Assembly: GCA_036498725.1 (NCBI GenBank)
Contig: DASYEY010000153.1
Location: 1 to 63,668, forward strand
DNA from: Verrucomicrobiia bacterium
GTDB lineage: Bacteria > Verrucomicrobiota > Verrucomicrobiia > Limisphaerales > UBA11358
Length of the DNA stretch: 63,668 bases
Direction of reading: 5' to 3'
Shown in pieces: positions 9,048 to 17,789 of the stretch; the first letter of the stretch is position 1; every line of letters begins with the position of its first letter. A model generated the notes under the pieces. That model was not told the origin of the DNA, made no database searches, and saw nothing but the letters and a program-made list of their open reading frames with translations. The position numbers were made by a program, and so were the translations under genes.

Positions 9048-10112
9048 TCAATTTTTATCGCGCTTGACCGGCGGCGTCTCGCGCGGAGTGATTTCCAACT
9101 CCAACCGGTAAGTCCGCCGGACAATTTCCAAAACTGACTTCACGCCGATTTCGGTACCGACCAGCAACCGCTGCAAATCATCAATGCTGGTCACGGCCTG
9201 GTTCTTTAAACCCACCAGCAAATCACCTTCGTGTAAACCGGCTTTGGCCCCCGGACTATCCGGCTCAATCGCCAAAACCAAGACACCTTGAGAGTTCTTC
9301 AAGCCCAGATACCGGGCAATCCTTGGATGCACCGGCGCGGTCTGGCCTTGGATACCCAACCAGGCGCGCCGAATGCGCCGTTCCTTGATGAGCCACGCGG
9401 CCGTCAATTCAGCCGAATTACTGGCGATCGCGAAACAGATTCCTTGGGCGGAGGGAATGATCGCGGTATTCACGCCGATGACTTCCCCGTGCGAATTGAG
9501 CAGCGGACCGCCAGAGTTGCCGGGATTCAGGGCAGCGTCCGTCTGCACGATATTTTCGATGGTGCGCCCGGTTTGTGCGCGCATACTCCGACCCAGTGCG
9601 CTGATCACGCCGGCTGTGACGGTTTGCTGAAAGCCCAAGGGGCTGCCGATGGCCACGGCGATCTGGCCAACCCGCAGGTGGTTGGAATTGCCAAATTGAA
9701 TGAGCCGCAAATCGGGAGCATTGATGCGGATGATCGCAAGATCGGAATCTGGGTCGTCGCCCATCAACTCAGCGGGATAGACCCGTCCGTCTGCCAGCGA
9801 AACCCGGATGTCGGTTGCCGCGTGTACCACGTGGCTATTGGTGGCGATATAACCGTCCGGCGTGATGATGAATCCCGAACCGCTGCCCTGACCATTCTGT
9901 CTCTTGCCCGTGGTTCGTTGTACGCGAATGTTCACTACCGAATCGCGTGCCCGTTCGACCACGCCACTGACGGTTTGCGAATAAGCATCAAGCAACGCGG
10001 TGTCGTCAGCGGTGGAAAAGCGTTTCTCGGGGAAAGGGCGTGAACCACTGCCATCCAAAATAGTATGAACCATTGGAGCCTGCCGGTCTTGAAACACTTC
10101 CGATATTTTCAT
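9048..10112 (-). CDS. HtrA/DegP-family trypsin-like serine protease with PDZ domain
   Basis: 354 aa. Catalytic motifs ATNSHVV (His), DSDLAIIRI (Asp), GNSGGPLLN (Ser). C-terminal PDZ GVLVLAIEPDSPGAKAGLHEGDLLVGL. No obvious signal peptide. Confidence 0.85.
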   Translation of the reverse strand: MKISEVFQDRQAPMVHTILDGSGSRPFPEKRFSTADDTALLDAYSQTVSGVVERARDSVVNIRVQRTTGKRQNGQGSGSGFIITPDGYIATNSHVVHAATDIRVSLADGRVYPAELMGDDPDSDLAIIRINAPDLRLIQFGNSNHLRVGQIAVAIGSPLGFQQTVTAGVISALGRSMRAQTGRTIENIVQTDAALNPGNSGGPLLNSHGEVIGVNTAIIPSAQGICFAIASNSAELTAAWLIKERRIRRAWLGIQGQTAPVHPRIARYLGLKNSQGVLVLAIEPDSPGAKAGLHEGDLLVGLKNQAVTSIDDLQRLLVGTEIGVKSVLEIVRRTYRLELEITPRETPPVKRDKN

Positions 10113-10194
10113 CGTATTTCATGATTCCACGGGTTTCACGGTTTGCCAAATGAACTGCGGAAGGAGGGGGTAACCGAAGCGGCGAATGGCTGCT

Positions 10195-10932
10195 TCAGCG
10201 CTTCCCCGGTCGTATGATGCGGACTTCAGGCCGGTACATGATTCTTATCTGCAAATCACCGCGTCCGCCGCGTGTTTTCGGTAATCCTTCGTTTGGCAGG
10301 CAGATGATCTCACCCCGTTCCACCTGACGGGGGATGGCGACCCGTAAATAATTCCCCACCAAGCCGCGCACCGATTCTGTGCCACCTTGCAAAGCGCGTT
10401 GATTGGTGATTTTCAGGTCGCAACGCAGATCTGAGCCGCGCACTTTAAAGCGAAAATCCGGCTGGGCTTTTACGCGGGCCAGGACAAATCCGCCACCACT
10501 GGTGTCGCGAGGAATTTTAAAACGGGTGCCGGGTGCGGTTTGGGGCGGGATGATCAGCGGATAGATTTCCATCTGGTTCGCCTGTCCGGGATCTTTCACG
10601 CGAACTTCCAAGGTTGTCCCGCGCAGGAAATCTTCCAAACGCAAATAAACATCCTGTGAAAGATTAGCCTGCGGCCTTGCCATCCGTGTTTTTGTCGGAC
10701 GTTTTTCTGCCGTTTGAATTTCAGCGTCATAGGCTTCACGTCGCGTTGGATCGCTTAAAACCTCATAAGCGGCATTCAATTCCTGGGTGTGTTTTACGGC
10801 GGCGGTTGAACCCGCATTGACATCCGGGTGATGCTGTCGGGCGAGAATCCGGTAGGCGGTGCGGATCTGCGAATCGGAACAACGCCGGTCTAATCCGAGC
10901 GTTGCGTAATGATTGGGGATGGTTGATTGCAA
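10195..10932 (-). CDS. J-domain protein, CbpA-like (no G/F region, no zinc finger)
   Basis: 245 aa. J domain YATLGLDRRCSDSQIRTAYRILARQHHPDVN with an HPD motif, followed by a DnaJ C-terminal-like beta domain. Confidence 0.8.
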   Translation of the reverse strand: MQSTIPNHYATLGLDRRCSDSQIRTAYRILARQHHPDVNAGSTAAVKHTQELNAAYEVLSDPTRREAYDAEIQTAEKRPTKTRMARPQANLSQDVYLRLEDFLRGTTLEVRVKDPGQANQMEIYPLIIPPQTAPGTRFKIPRDTSGGGFVLARVKAQPDFRFKVRGSDLRCDLKITNQRALQGGTESVRGLVGNYLRVAIPRQVERGEIICLPNEGLPKTRGGRGDLQIRIMYRPEVRIIRPGKR

Positions 10933-11076
10933 CCCGCAAAGTTTAATCGGCCCGGCCTTGGGACGCCAGCGTACACCGTTTAAAATCTGGACTGATTGTG
11001 CCAGCTAAATCAAATCAACGTGCGGCCACGGCTCGACTCCGTACCGGCATTCTGTTTTTCTATTCCTGATAAATTT

Positions 11077-11976
11077 ATGAACCGCAAAATGATTCTGGCA
11101 GTGGAGATGAGCCAGGTCGGCCAGGAATCACTTCGTCGCGAAGGATTTGTCGTCACGTCGCTGGTATCTTCCGTGCAAAATGATCCCCGCCGGTTGCGCC
11201 CGCATTATCACGATTTTTTCCAGATGATGTTGCTGCGGGGGAATGGATCGGTGATGCATGATTTTCGTGATGATTCCGTCAGCGGCCTGACGTTGTTGTT
11301 TTTGACTCCCGGACAGGTCCATACGTTGCAGCCGCGCCGGGACTTTGATGGCATCACCATTTCGTTCACCCAGGGTTTCTTTGATCATCGCGCCGCACCA
11401 CCCAGCGCCCTGTTTGAACTGCCTTTTTTCTTTGCGACCGAAATGTCGCCGTTATTGAAAATTCCCCGTGATGACCGATTCCGGATTGCTGAAGCGTTCA
11501 TTGAAATCCAGCGGGAATTTAATGCTGCGGAAGCGAATGCGGCAGAAATTGTCCGCGCGTGGCTGCGGATTTTATTCGCCCGGGTGTTGCGCCTGCTGGG
11601 ACAAGACCGGCGACCGGCCAGTCCTTCACGCCAATCCGTTTTACTGCGGCAATTCCATCTGGCGGTGGAGCGCAATTTCCGGCAGGAACACGTCTTGGCA
11701 GATTACGCGCGTGAACTTGGAGTCACCGCCAATCATTTGAACGATGTGGTGCACGCCGAGACCGGGCGTTCCGCCGGCAGCATTGTGCGCCAACGTCGTT
11801 TGCTCGATGCGCAACGTTTATTGTCGCATTCCGACCTGAGCGTTTCCGAGATCGGTTACCAGACCGGCTTTCCCGATCCGTCCTATTTTGGACGCTTCTT
11901 CCGCCGGGAAACCGGGGAGACGCCAGCGGCGTTCCGATTGAAAATCCGAGAAAAGTACCATTCAAAGGAACGTTAG
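11077..11976 (+). CDS. AraC family transcriptional regulator
   Basis: Track ORF 10996..11976; ATG 11077 is preferred. N-terminal cupin-like sensor and C-terminal double HTH (LADYARELGVTANHLNDVV ... VSEIGYQTGFPDPSYFGRFFRRETGETPAAFR). Confidence 0.8.
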   Translation: MNRKMILAVEMSQVGQESLRREGFVVTSLVSSVQNDPRRLRPHYHDFFQMMLLRGNGSVMHDFRDDSVSGLTLLFLTPGQVHTLQPRRDFDGITISFTQGFFDHRAAPPSALFELPFFFATEMSPLLKIPRDDRFRIAEAFIEIQREFNAAEANAAEIVRAWLRILFARVLRLLGQDRRPASPSRQSVLLRQFHLAVERNFRQEHVLADYARELGVTANHLNDVVHAETGRSAGSIVRQRRLLDAQRLLSHSDLSVSEIGYQTGFPDPSYFGRFFRRETGETPAAFRLKIREKYHSKER

Positions 11977-12029
11977 TGCCGTTTACCGCATTTGCGGCCA
12001 GCGTGGGATGTTTTATTGTGGGCGGGTCT

Positions 12030-13262
12030 ATGACAACTGTCCAAGTCCAGGAAATGCCCGTCCGTAATAACCCTGCCACGATGACCCATAACACGGTCAT
12101 GGCAGTATTGTTTGCCATCAGTTTTTCCCACCTGTTGAACGATACCATCCAGGCCTTGTTGCCTTCGATGTATCCGATGCTGATTGATTCATTCCACCTG
12201 ACCTATGCGCAGATCGGTTGGATCACCTTCACTTTTCAATGCACCGCTTCCGTGTTTCAGCCGCTCGTCGGCTGGGTGACAGATAAAAGGTCAATGCCCC
12301 ATTCGCTGGCGTTCGGCATGGGATTGTCGTTCGTGGGACTATTGGCGTTCGCTTTTGCCAGCAACTACGCGCTCATCCTGATCGCTTCGGCGGTCATTGG
12401 TTTGGGTTCTGCCATTTTCCATCCCGAAGCTTCGCGGGTAGCCCATATGGCTGCCGGTTCGCGGCGGGGGTTTGCGCAGTCCTTGTTTCAACTCGGCGGC
12501 AATACCGGCAGTTCCCTCGGGCCGTTGTTGGTGGCGGCGTTTGTGGTGATGCATGGTCAAAAGTCGGTTGCGGGATTTTCCGCGCTGGCCTTGATGGGCG
12601 TTTTTGTGCTGTGGAAAATTGGCACCTGGCAGCGCAACAATTTTCACCGCATCGCACTCAAAAAGGGAGCTGGCCACTCAACTGTGGTATTGCCGCGCAA
12701 AAAGGTGATTACGGCATTGGCCGTGTTGGTTGCCTTGATTTTTTCCAAATACGTTTATCTCACGAGCATGACGACCTATTATACGTCGTATTTGATCCAT
12801 CATTTTGAGGTGTCGGTGAAGACGTCTCAATTATTACTTTTCGTATTTTTGTTCGCGGTGGCGATGGGCACGATCATCGGCGGGCCCGTGGGTGATCGTA
12901 TCGGCCGCAAGCGGGTGATCTGGGTCTCCATTTTAGGCGTTGCCCCGTTCTCATTATTATTGCCGCATGTCGGATTGGTGGGAACGGTGATCCTTACGGT
13001 GTTCATCGGCACGATTCTGGCGTCGGCCTTCTCGGCGATCCTGGTGTATGCCCAGGAACTAGTGCCCGGAAAAGTTGGGATGATTGCCGGTTTATTTTTC
13101 GGCCTCGCGTTTGGCATCGCTGGCATCGGCTCGGCAGCCCTTGGCCATGTGGCCGACCACACCGGCATTGAATATGTTTTCGGCATTTGTGCGTTTTTGC
13201 CCTTGCTCGGGTTATTGACGATTTTGTTGCCGGATATTGAGCCGGCGCGCAAGCCTCATTGA
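12030..13262 (+). CDS. MFS transporter (Fsr-like)
   Basis: Track ORF 11976..13262; ATG 12030 is preferred. About 12 TM helices. FAISFSHLLNDTIQALLP is typical of the Fsr-type MFS subgroup. It sits immediately downstream of the AraC gene. Confidence 0.8.
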   Translation: MTTVQVQEMPVRNNPATMTHNTVMAVLFAISFSHLLNDTIQALLPSMYPMLIDSFHLTYAQIGWITFTFQCTASVFQPLVGWVTDKRSMPHSLAFGMGLSFVGLLAFAFASNYALILIASAVIGLGSAIFHPEASRVAHMAAGSRRGFAQSLFQLGGNTGSSLGPLLVAAFVVMHGQKSVAGFSALALMGVFVLWKIGTWQRNNFHRIALKKGAGHSTVVLPRKKVITALAVLVALIFSKYVYLTSMTTYYTSYLIHHFEVSVKTSQLLLFVFLFAVAMGTIIGGPVGDRIGRKRVIWVSILGVAPFSLLLPHVGLVGTVILTVFIGTILASAFSAILVYAQELVPGKVGMIAGLFFGLAFGIAGIGSAALGHVADHTGIEYVFGICAFLPLLGLLTILLPDIEPARKPH

Positions 13263-13323
13263 TGACTGCCTGACCCACGTTTAATGACGTGCTATTGTAC
13301 GGGTTTATGTCATACTTACAGCT

Positions 13324-14772
13324 ATGCCATTTCGTGCACTGGGACTAGATCCCAAAATTTTACAAGCGGTTCAAGAAGCCGGTTATACGGAGCCGACGCC
13401 GATTCAAGCGGCGGCCATTCCGCCGATCATTGCGGGAAACGACCTGATCGGCATCGCGCAAACCGGCACCGGAAAGACAGCGGCGTTCACCCTGCCGATC
13501 CTGACGCGGCTCGTGGCGACGATCGGCGACGGCCGTCAACGCGGCACGCAAGCGCTGGTGCTGGCACCCACGCGTGAACTCGCGTTACAGATTGAAGAAA
13601 ACGTGCGGGCTTATGCGAAGCATCTACCGTTGCGGGTGGCGACTATTTTCGGTGGTGTGGGCGAACAGCCACAGATCAATGCATTGCGGGCTGGCACACA
13701 TCTCATCATCGCCTGTCCCGGCCGTTTAATGGACTTGATGCAACGCCGGTTCGCGGATTTTTCCCAACTGCAATATCTGGTGCTCGATGAAGCCGACCGG
13801 ATGCTCGACATGGGATTTTTGCCTTCGATCAAACAAATCGTCCGGGCGTTGCCGACGAAACGGCAGACACTTTTATTTTCGGCCACCTTGTCCAAAGAAA
13901 TCGAAGCGCTGACCCATGAGTTTCAACATCAGCCGAAAACGATCCAGATCGGACGCCGTTCCAACCCGGCAGAAACGGTGACTCAATTGGTCTATGAAGT
14001 GCCGAAGCACCTCAAACCGGCCTTGTTGACGCATCTGTTGCGCGAACCGGGCATGAACATGGTGCTCGTATTTTCGCGCATGAAACATGCCGCGGATCGT
14101 GTCGCCCGCAGTCTGGAACAACAGGGCATCCGTACGGCGACGCTGCATTCGAATCGTTCGCAAAACCAGCGGTTGCGGGCGTTGAAAGATTTTAAATCCG
14201 GCGCAGTGCGGGTATTGGTGGCGACGGATATTGCGGCGCGCGGGATTGACGTGGATGGCATCTCTCACGTTGTGAATTATGATTTCCCGATGCACGTCGA
14301 AGATTACGTTCATCGGATCGGGCGCACGGGCCGGGCTAATGCCGTCGGTGACGCGATTAGTTTTGTGACGCCGGAGGATCACACCGAATTGCGCGCTCTC
14401 GAACGTTTCATCGGGCGCGGCATCGTGCGGAAACGGGCGGAAGGATTTAATTATGCCGCCAGTGCCCCTCAGAGACCGGCGGACGATCAACGTCCTCGCC
14501 CGCAATCCCCCTTGCCGCTGCGCGGGCAACATAATCCACGCCGACCGCAGCCACGTCCTGGTGGCGGTGGTGGTTCCAACTCATTCTCAGCAGGGGGGCG
14601 TTCATTTTCGCGTCCGGGGCGGGATGGCCGTCCGCAAGCCGGTGACAATCGCAAACGTCAATCGGGTGGTGGCGGGCAACCGCCGCCGGCCAGTGGTAAT
14701 CGGGAAGGTGCTAATCAGGCTTCTTTTCGTGACCGGCCGCGGAATCCGGGGCGCCGGTTCGGCAATTGGTAG
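13324..14772 (+). CDS. rhlE: DEAD-box ATP-dependent RNA helicase with R/G/P-rich C-terminal tail
   Basis: 482 aa. Q motif GYTEPTPIQ, motif I AQTGTGKT, motif II DEAD, motif III SAT, motif VI HRIGRTGRA. The last ~110 aa are a low-complexity Arg/Gly/Pro tail. Confidence 0.9.
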   Translation: MPFRALGLDPKILQAVQEAGYTEPTPIQAAAIPPIIAGNDLIGIAQTGTGKTAAFTLPILTRLVATIGDGRQRGTQALVLAPTRELALQIEENVRAYAKHLPLRVATIFGGVGEQPQINALRAGTHLIIACPGRLMDLMQRRFADFSQLQYLVLDEADRMLDMGFLPSIKQIVRALPTKRQTLLFSATLSKEIEALTHEFQHQPKTIQIGRRSNPAETVTQLVYEVPKHLKPALLTHLLREPGMNMVLVFSRMKHAADRVARSLEQQGIRTATLHSNRSQNQRLRALKDFKSGAVRVLVATDIAARGIDVDGISHVVNYDFPMHVEDYVHRIGRTGRANAVGDAISFVTPEDHTELRALERFIGRGIVRKRAEGFNYAASAPQRPADDQRPRPQSPLPLRGQHNPRRPQPRPGGGGGSNSFSAGGRSFSRPGRDGRPQAGDNRKRQSGGGGQPPPASGNREGANQASFRDRPRNPGRRFGNW

Positions 14773-14780
14773 GCGATTAG

Positions 14781-14923
14781 GTGGCTGAAGCCAAGCGGCC
14801 ATCTTGCCATAGAGCCCGCTAAATCGTCCTCATGCTCATCGTCATCCTCGTTCTCGCCGGTTGGTGAAAATTCGAGGATGAGGTTGAGGATGAAGCGGAA
14901 GACAAAACTGATGATTCAGACAC
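14781..14923 (+). repeat. intergenic imperfect palindromic repeat, family R
   Basis: Arms: gtcctcatgctcatcgtcatcctcgttctcgcc / core ggtgaaaattcgagg / atgaggttgaggatgaagcggaagac. It ends with TTCAGACAC (14915-14923), as the copy at 5736-5744 does. The left flank GTGGCTGAA (14781-14789) is one mismatch from GTGTCTGAA. It lies 3' of rhlE. Confidence 0.6.
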
Positions 14924-14939
14924 GCACTTAAACTTAAGA

Positions 14940-15158
14940 CTATTCCGTTACTTCATCGGACAAGGGGCTCGGTTTGACACCGAGCAACTTTGCGCCTTTC
15001 AGCAGGCGGCAGAAATCCTTTTTGCTGGTGACATGTTGCGTGCCTTTTTTACTGGCCAGACTGAGCTGGGATTTATATTCCACTTCGAGGCGTTCGAGCC
15101 GTACGATGCGGATATATTCCTTGCCTTGCTTCCAAAGTTGACCCTGACCTAATTTCAT
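14940..15158 (-). CDS. hypothetical small protein (72 aa)
   Basis: It is the only ORF in this interval and its composition is plausible (MKLGQGQLWKQGKEYIRIVRLERLEVEYK...). No recognisable domain. Confidence 0.35.
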   Translation of the reverse strand: MKLGQGQLWKQGKEYIRIVRLERLEVEYKSQLSLASKKGTQHVTSKKDFCRLLKGAKLLGVKPSPLSDEVTE

Positions 15159-15383
15159 TTTGGCAGCATACCGCCACCGGAGGGAGGTGGCGACAGATTA
15201 TTCAATGAAAGAAATTAGTTGCTATTCTCAGGAAAACGGTCATAGTCGGGGTACCTGTTAGATAGCTTGTAAGTCCCACGGCATGGTAAATCCTCAAGTG
15301 AACATAGATTCAGTGATGATTTGAAACCCGAAGACCGGGAACAGTCTGGTGAATGCAGTGTTAGTCGGACAGTAAAACATCAC

Positions 15384-15713
15384 ATGAGTAATAAATTGTT
15401 TGTGGGAAATCTTTCCTTCAATACCACTGAAAACGACCTGCAAGACGCTTTTGCGGCCCACGGAACGGTCACTGAAACCAACCTGATGATGGATCGCATG
15501 ACCAATCGCCCCCGTGGCTTTGGTTTCGTGACCATGAGCACAGCTGAAGAAGCACAGAAAGCTATCGCTGCTTTGAACGGTGCCCAATTGGATGGCCGTG
15601 CTTTGACGGTCAACGTTGCCCGCCCGCGTGAAGAACGTCCGGCTGGTGGTGGTGGCGGCGGCGGTCGCCGTGAATTCGGCGGCGGCGGCGGCGGACGTCG
15701 TGAACGCTATTAA
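15384..15713 (+). CDS. RRM-type RNA-binding protein with glycine/arginine-rich tail
   Basis: ATG 15384 lies within track ORF 15321..15713. RNP2 LFVGNL, RNP1 RGFGFVTM. C-terminal [22 protein letters not shown]. Confidence 0.85.
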   Translation: MSNKLFVGNLSFNTTENDLQDAFAAHGTVTETNLMMDRMTNRPRGFGFVTMSTAEEAQKAIAALNGAQLDGRALTVNVARPREERPAGGGGGGGRREFGGGGGGRRERY

Positions 15714-15764
15714 TCGCGTTTAGATTAAACACGTTTTAAATAACCGTTTAATTTTTTTTGCAAC

Positions 15765-15798
15765 GGAGACTGGGCAACCAGTCTCCGTTTTTATTTTT
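15765..15798 (+). terminator. rho-independent terminator of the RRM gene
   Basis: Perfect 9-bp stem GGAGACTGG (15765-15773) / CCAGTCTCC (15778-15786), GCAA tetraloop, then GTTTTTATTTTT. Confidence 0.75.
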
Positions 15799-15843
15799 GC
15801 ACGCCGGGCTTGCGGTTGACAGAAATCACGCCTAAAAAGGGCC

Positions 15844-16332
15844 ATGGCGCAAAATAATCCACCCATTGATCCCGGTGTCCGGATTGGACACGTTCATCTA
15901 AAAGTGGCTGAACTGGAGCAGGCGCTAAACTTCTACTGCGGCGTGCTTGGTTTCCAATTGCAGCAGCGTTTCGGCTCCCAGGCCGCGTTTATTTCTGCGG
16001 GCGGTTATCATCATCACATCGGCTTGAATACTTGGGAAAGCCGGGGTGGTTCGCCGCCACCGCCACATAGCACCGGACTTTATCATCATGCGATCTTGTA
16101 TCCCACGCGGGCGACGCTGGCCGATGCGCTGCGGCGCGTGGTTACGGCGGGAATTACAATTGATGGCGCGGCGGATCATGGTGTGAGCGAGGCGATTTAC
16201 CTGCGCGACCCGGATCAGAACGGCGTGGAATTATATTGGGACCGGCCGCAAGAAAAATGGCCAAGAACGCCGACGGGCGAACTGGCCATGTTCACGCACG
16301 CGTTGGATCTGGACGCGTTGCTGAAAACGTGA
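15844..16332 (+). CDS. VOC (glyoxalase/dioxygenase) family protein
   Basis: 162 aa. IGHVHLKVAELEQALNFYCGVLGF and HHIGLNTW ... EAIYLRDPDQNGVELY are typical VOC metal-binding beta-alpha-beta-beta-beta modules. Confidence 0.8.
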   Translation: MAQNNPPIDPGVRIGHVHLKVAELEQALNFYCGVLGFQLQQRFGSQAAFISAGGYHHHIGLNTWESRGGSPPPPHSTGLYHHAILYPTRATLADALRRVVTAGITIDGAADHGVSEAIYLRDPDQNGVELYWDRPQEKWPRTPTGELAMFTHALDLDALLKT

Positions 16333-16334
16333 GC

Positions 16335-17759
16335 TTACTTGTGCGCGGGAATGAAATGGTCGTGGCGCGGATCCGTGGCGGCGATCACCACGCTGACGGA
16401 TTTTTGATTGAAACCCTTGAAGCCGCCATGGCGTTGCAAATTTTCCAAATGGCTGCCGAGCGCACCGTCCTTGAGGAATTTTTCAGATTGCTCGGTTGTG
16501 ATCAGCTTATTGGCCAGTAATTTTTCAACCCGGGACCGGGCCACCGGCCAGCGTTCCCCCTCGGTGAATGCCTGTTTCAAGAATTCAAAGTTGGAAAACG
16601 GGTTCATCGTGTTGATGCCTTCCGCCTTCAATTGATCGCGCAGCAGCAGGTAATCAAAGCGTGCCTCCAGATGATGCATGCCGGCGCCGAGGAAGCTTTC
16701 CCCATGCAAGCCGACCCAAAGACCAACCGTGCCAAGCTTAGTTGCGGCGGGCAGGCGCGTGCTGGAAAAATCGATCTGCGTCTCATCCGGCATCAGGTCC
16801 ACATCGGCGAAAACCGTAATGCCGACGAGTGATTGCTCGGAGATTTGCGCCCCCCAGCCGGCTTCGGAGCCGGCGTAATAGCGTTCGCGTTTTTCAAAGC
16901 CAAGGGCGAGCAGGAAATCCGTCAGGTCCACAAAATGTTCGCGCGAACTGCGGAATGTATGATGATCGTGATTGCCCCAGCCGAGGCCAAGTTGATCCTG
17001 GCGAAATTTCTGGATGCGCGCGGCCCGGTTGCGATTTTCCCAATAGGCGCGTTCTTCTTCAAAATAAATCTGGCAGGTCTGGTCGCGGCCGACGAGGTCC
17101 AGGCTTTGTTTCAAAGCCTTTTTTGCCAGCGCAAATCCATCGGCATCGTTGGGGCAAATTCGTTTGCGCATTTTCCAGATTTCCTTCGCCTTGAGGATGG
17201 CCTCCAATTTTCCCGGGCGCAGCGGCGCGATGAGGAAACCGCGATACGCACGGCGCTCCACGACTTCCACGCGCGTGTCATTTTCTTCGTTCACCAGGGC
17301 GCGGCGGAATTGTGAGAAAGGTTCGCCTTTGATTTCCGTCACGATATTGTGGCGGGCGATAAAATCGGAAATGTATTCCGGGCGCAGGGCGACGACGGCG
17401 GGATTCTGTTTCTGCCGGGCACGCAAGATCACACGGGGCAGGGTGGCGCGGGGATGATGCATGGCCCGGTCGCCATGCGGCACCTCGATGTCGTCCGTGA
17501 CGAAACCGACTTCGCGCAGAGCGGCTTCGTCGTCGGGCGACAAGACCAGATGGTCCACCCATTCAAAAAAATCCGTGCCGGTCTCGTCGCGCATCCGTGC
17601 GGATAATTTTTTTGCGAAAGGATTTTGCGTGAGGAAATGCTGGAGGCGTTCGACCAGGAATTTTTCCGCCGGGAACGCCAGCGGCCAGTCGAAACGTTTG
17701 GGATCGTAAGGTGCGTCTGGCAGTGTGCCGCGGGCGATGTCAGTGTTGGGGCGAGTCAT
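16335..17759 (-). CDS. VOC-fold protein, DUF1338-like C-terminal half (possible 2-oxoadipate dioxygenase/decarboxylase HglS-type enzyme)
   Basis: 474 aa and the last gene of the lat-pcd operon (30-nt gap). The C-terminal half carries NHDHHTFRSS...LALGF, GMHHLEARFD and GSHLENLQRHGGFKGFNQKSVSVVIAAT. These resemble the DHxAxRT / H / E-F-x-x-R-x-x-x-GF metal-site pattern I recall for DUF1338. This is pattern recall, not a search. The N-terminal ~250 aa are unassigned. Confidence 0.45.
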   Translation of the reverse strand: MTRPNTDIARGTLPDAPYDPKRFDWPLAFPAEKFLVERLQHFLTQNPFAKKLSARMRDETGTDFFEWVDHLVLSPDDEAALREVGFVTDDIEVPHGDRAMHHPRATLPRVILRARQKQNPAVVALRPEYISDFIARHNIVTEIKGEPFSQFRRALVNEENDTRVEVVERRAYRGFLIAPLRPGKLEAILKAKEIWKMRKRICPNDADGFALAKKALKQSLDLVGRDQTCQIYFEEERAYWENRNRAARIQKFRQDQLGLGWGNHDHHTFRSSREHFVDLTDFLLALGFEKRERYYAGSEAGWGAQISEQSLVGITVFADVDLMPDETQIDFSSTRLPAATKLGTVGLWVGLHGESFLGAGMHHLEARFDYLLLRDQLKAEGINTMNPFSNFEFLKQAFTEGERWPVARSRVEKLLANKLITTEQSEKFLKDGALGSHLENLQRHGGFKGFNQKSVSVVIAATDPRHDHFIPAHK

Positions 17760-17789
17760 GGTTCAAGGTGTTTGATTGATTTTTGGCGG

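Noticed and set aside
8432-9067. 211-aa same-strand alternate-frame ORF inside 8149..9039
   Set aside because: It has extreme Arg/Ser/Cys/Trp composition, and the other frame gives a normal protein-like sequence.
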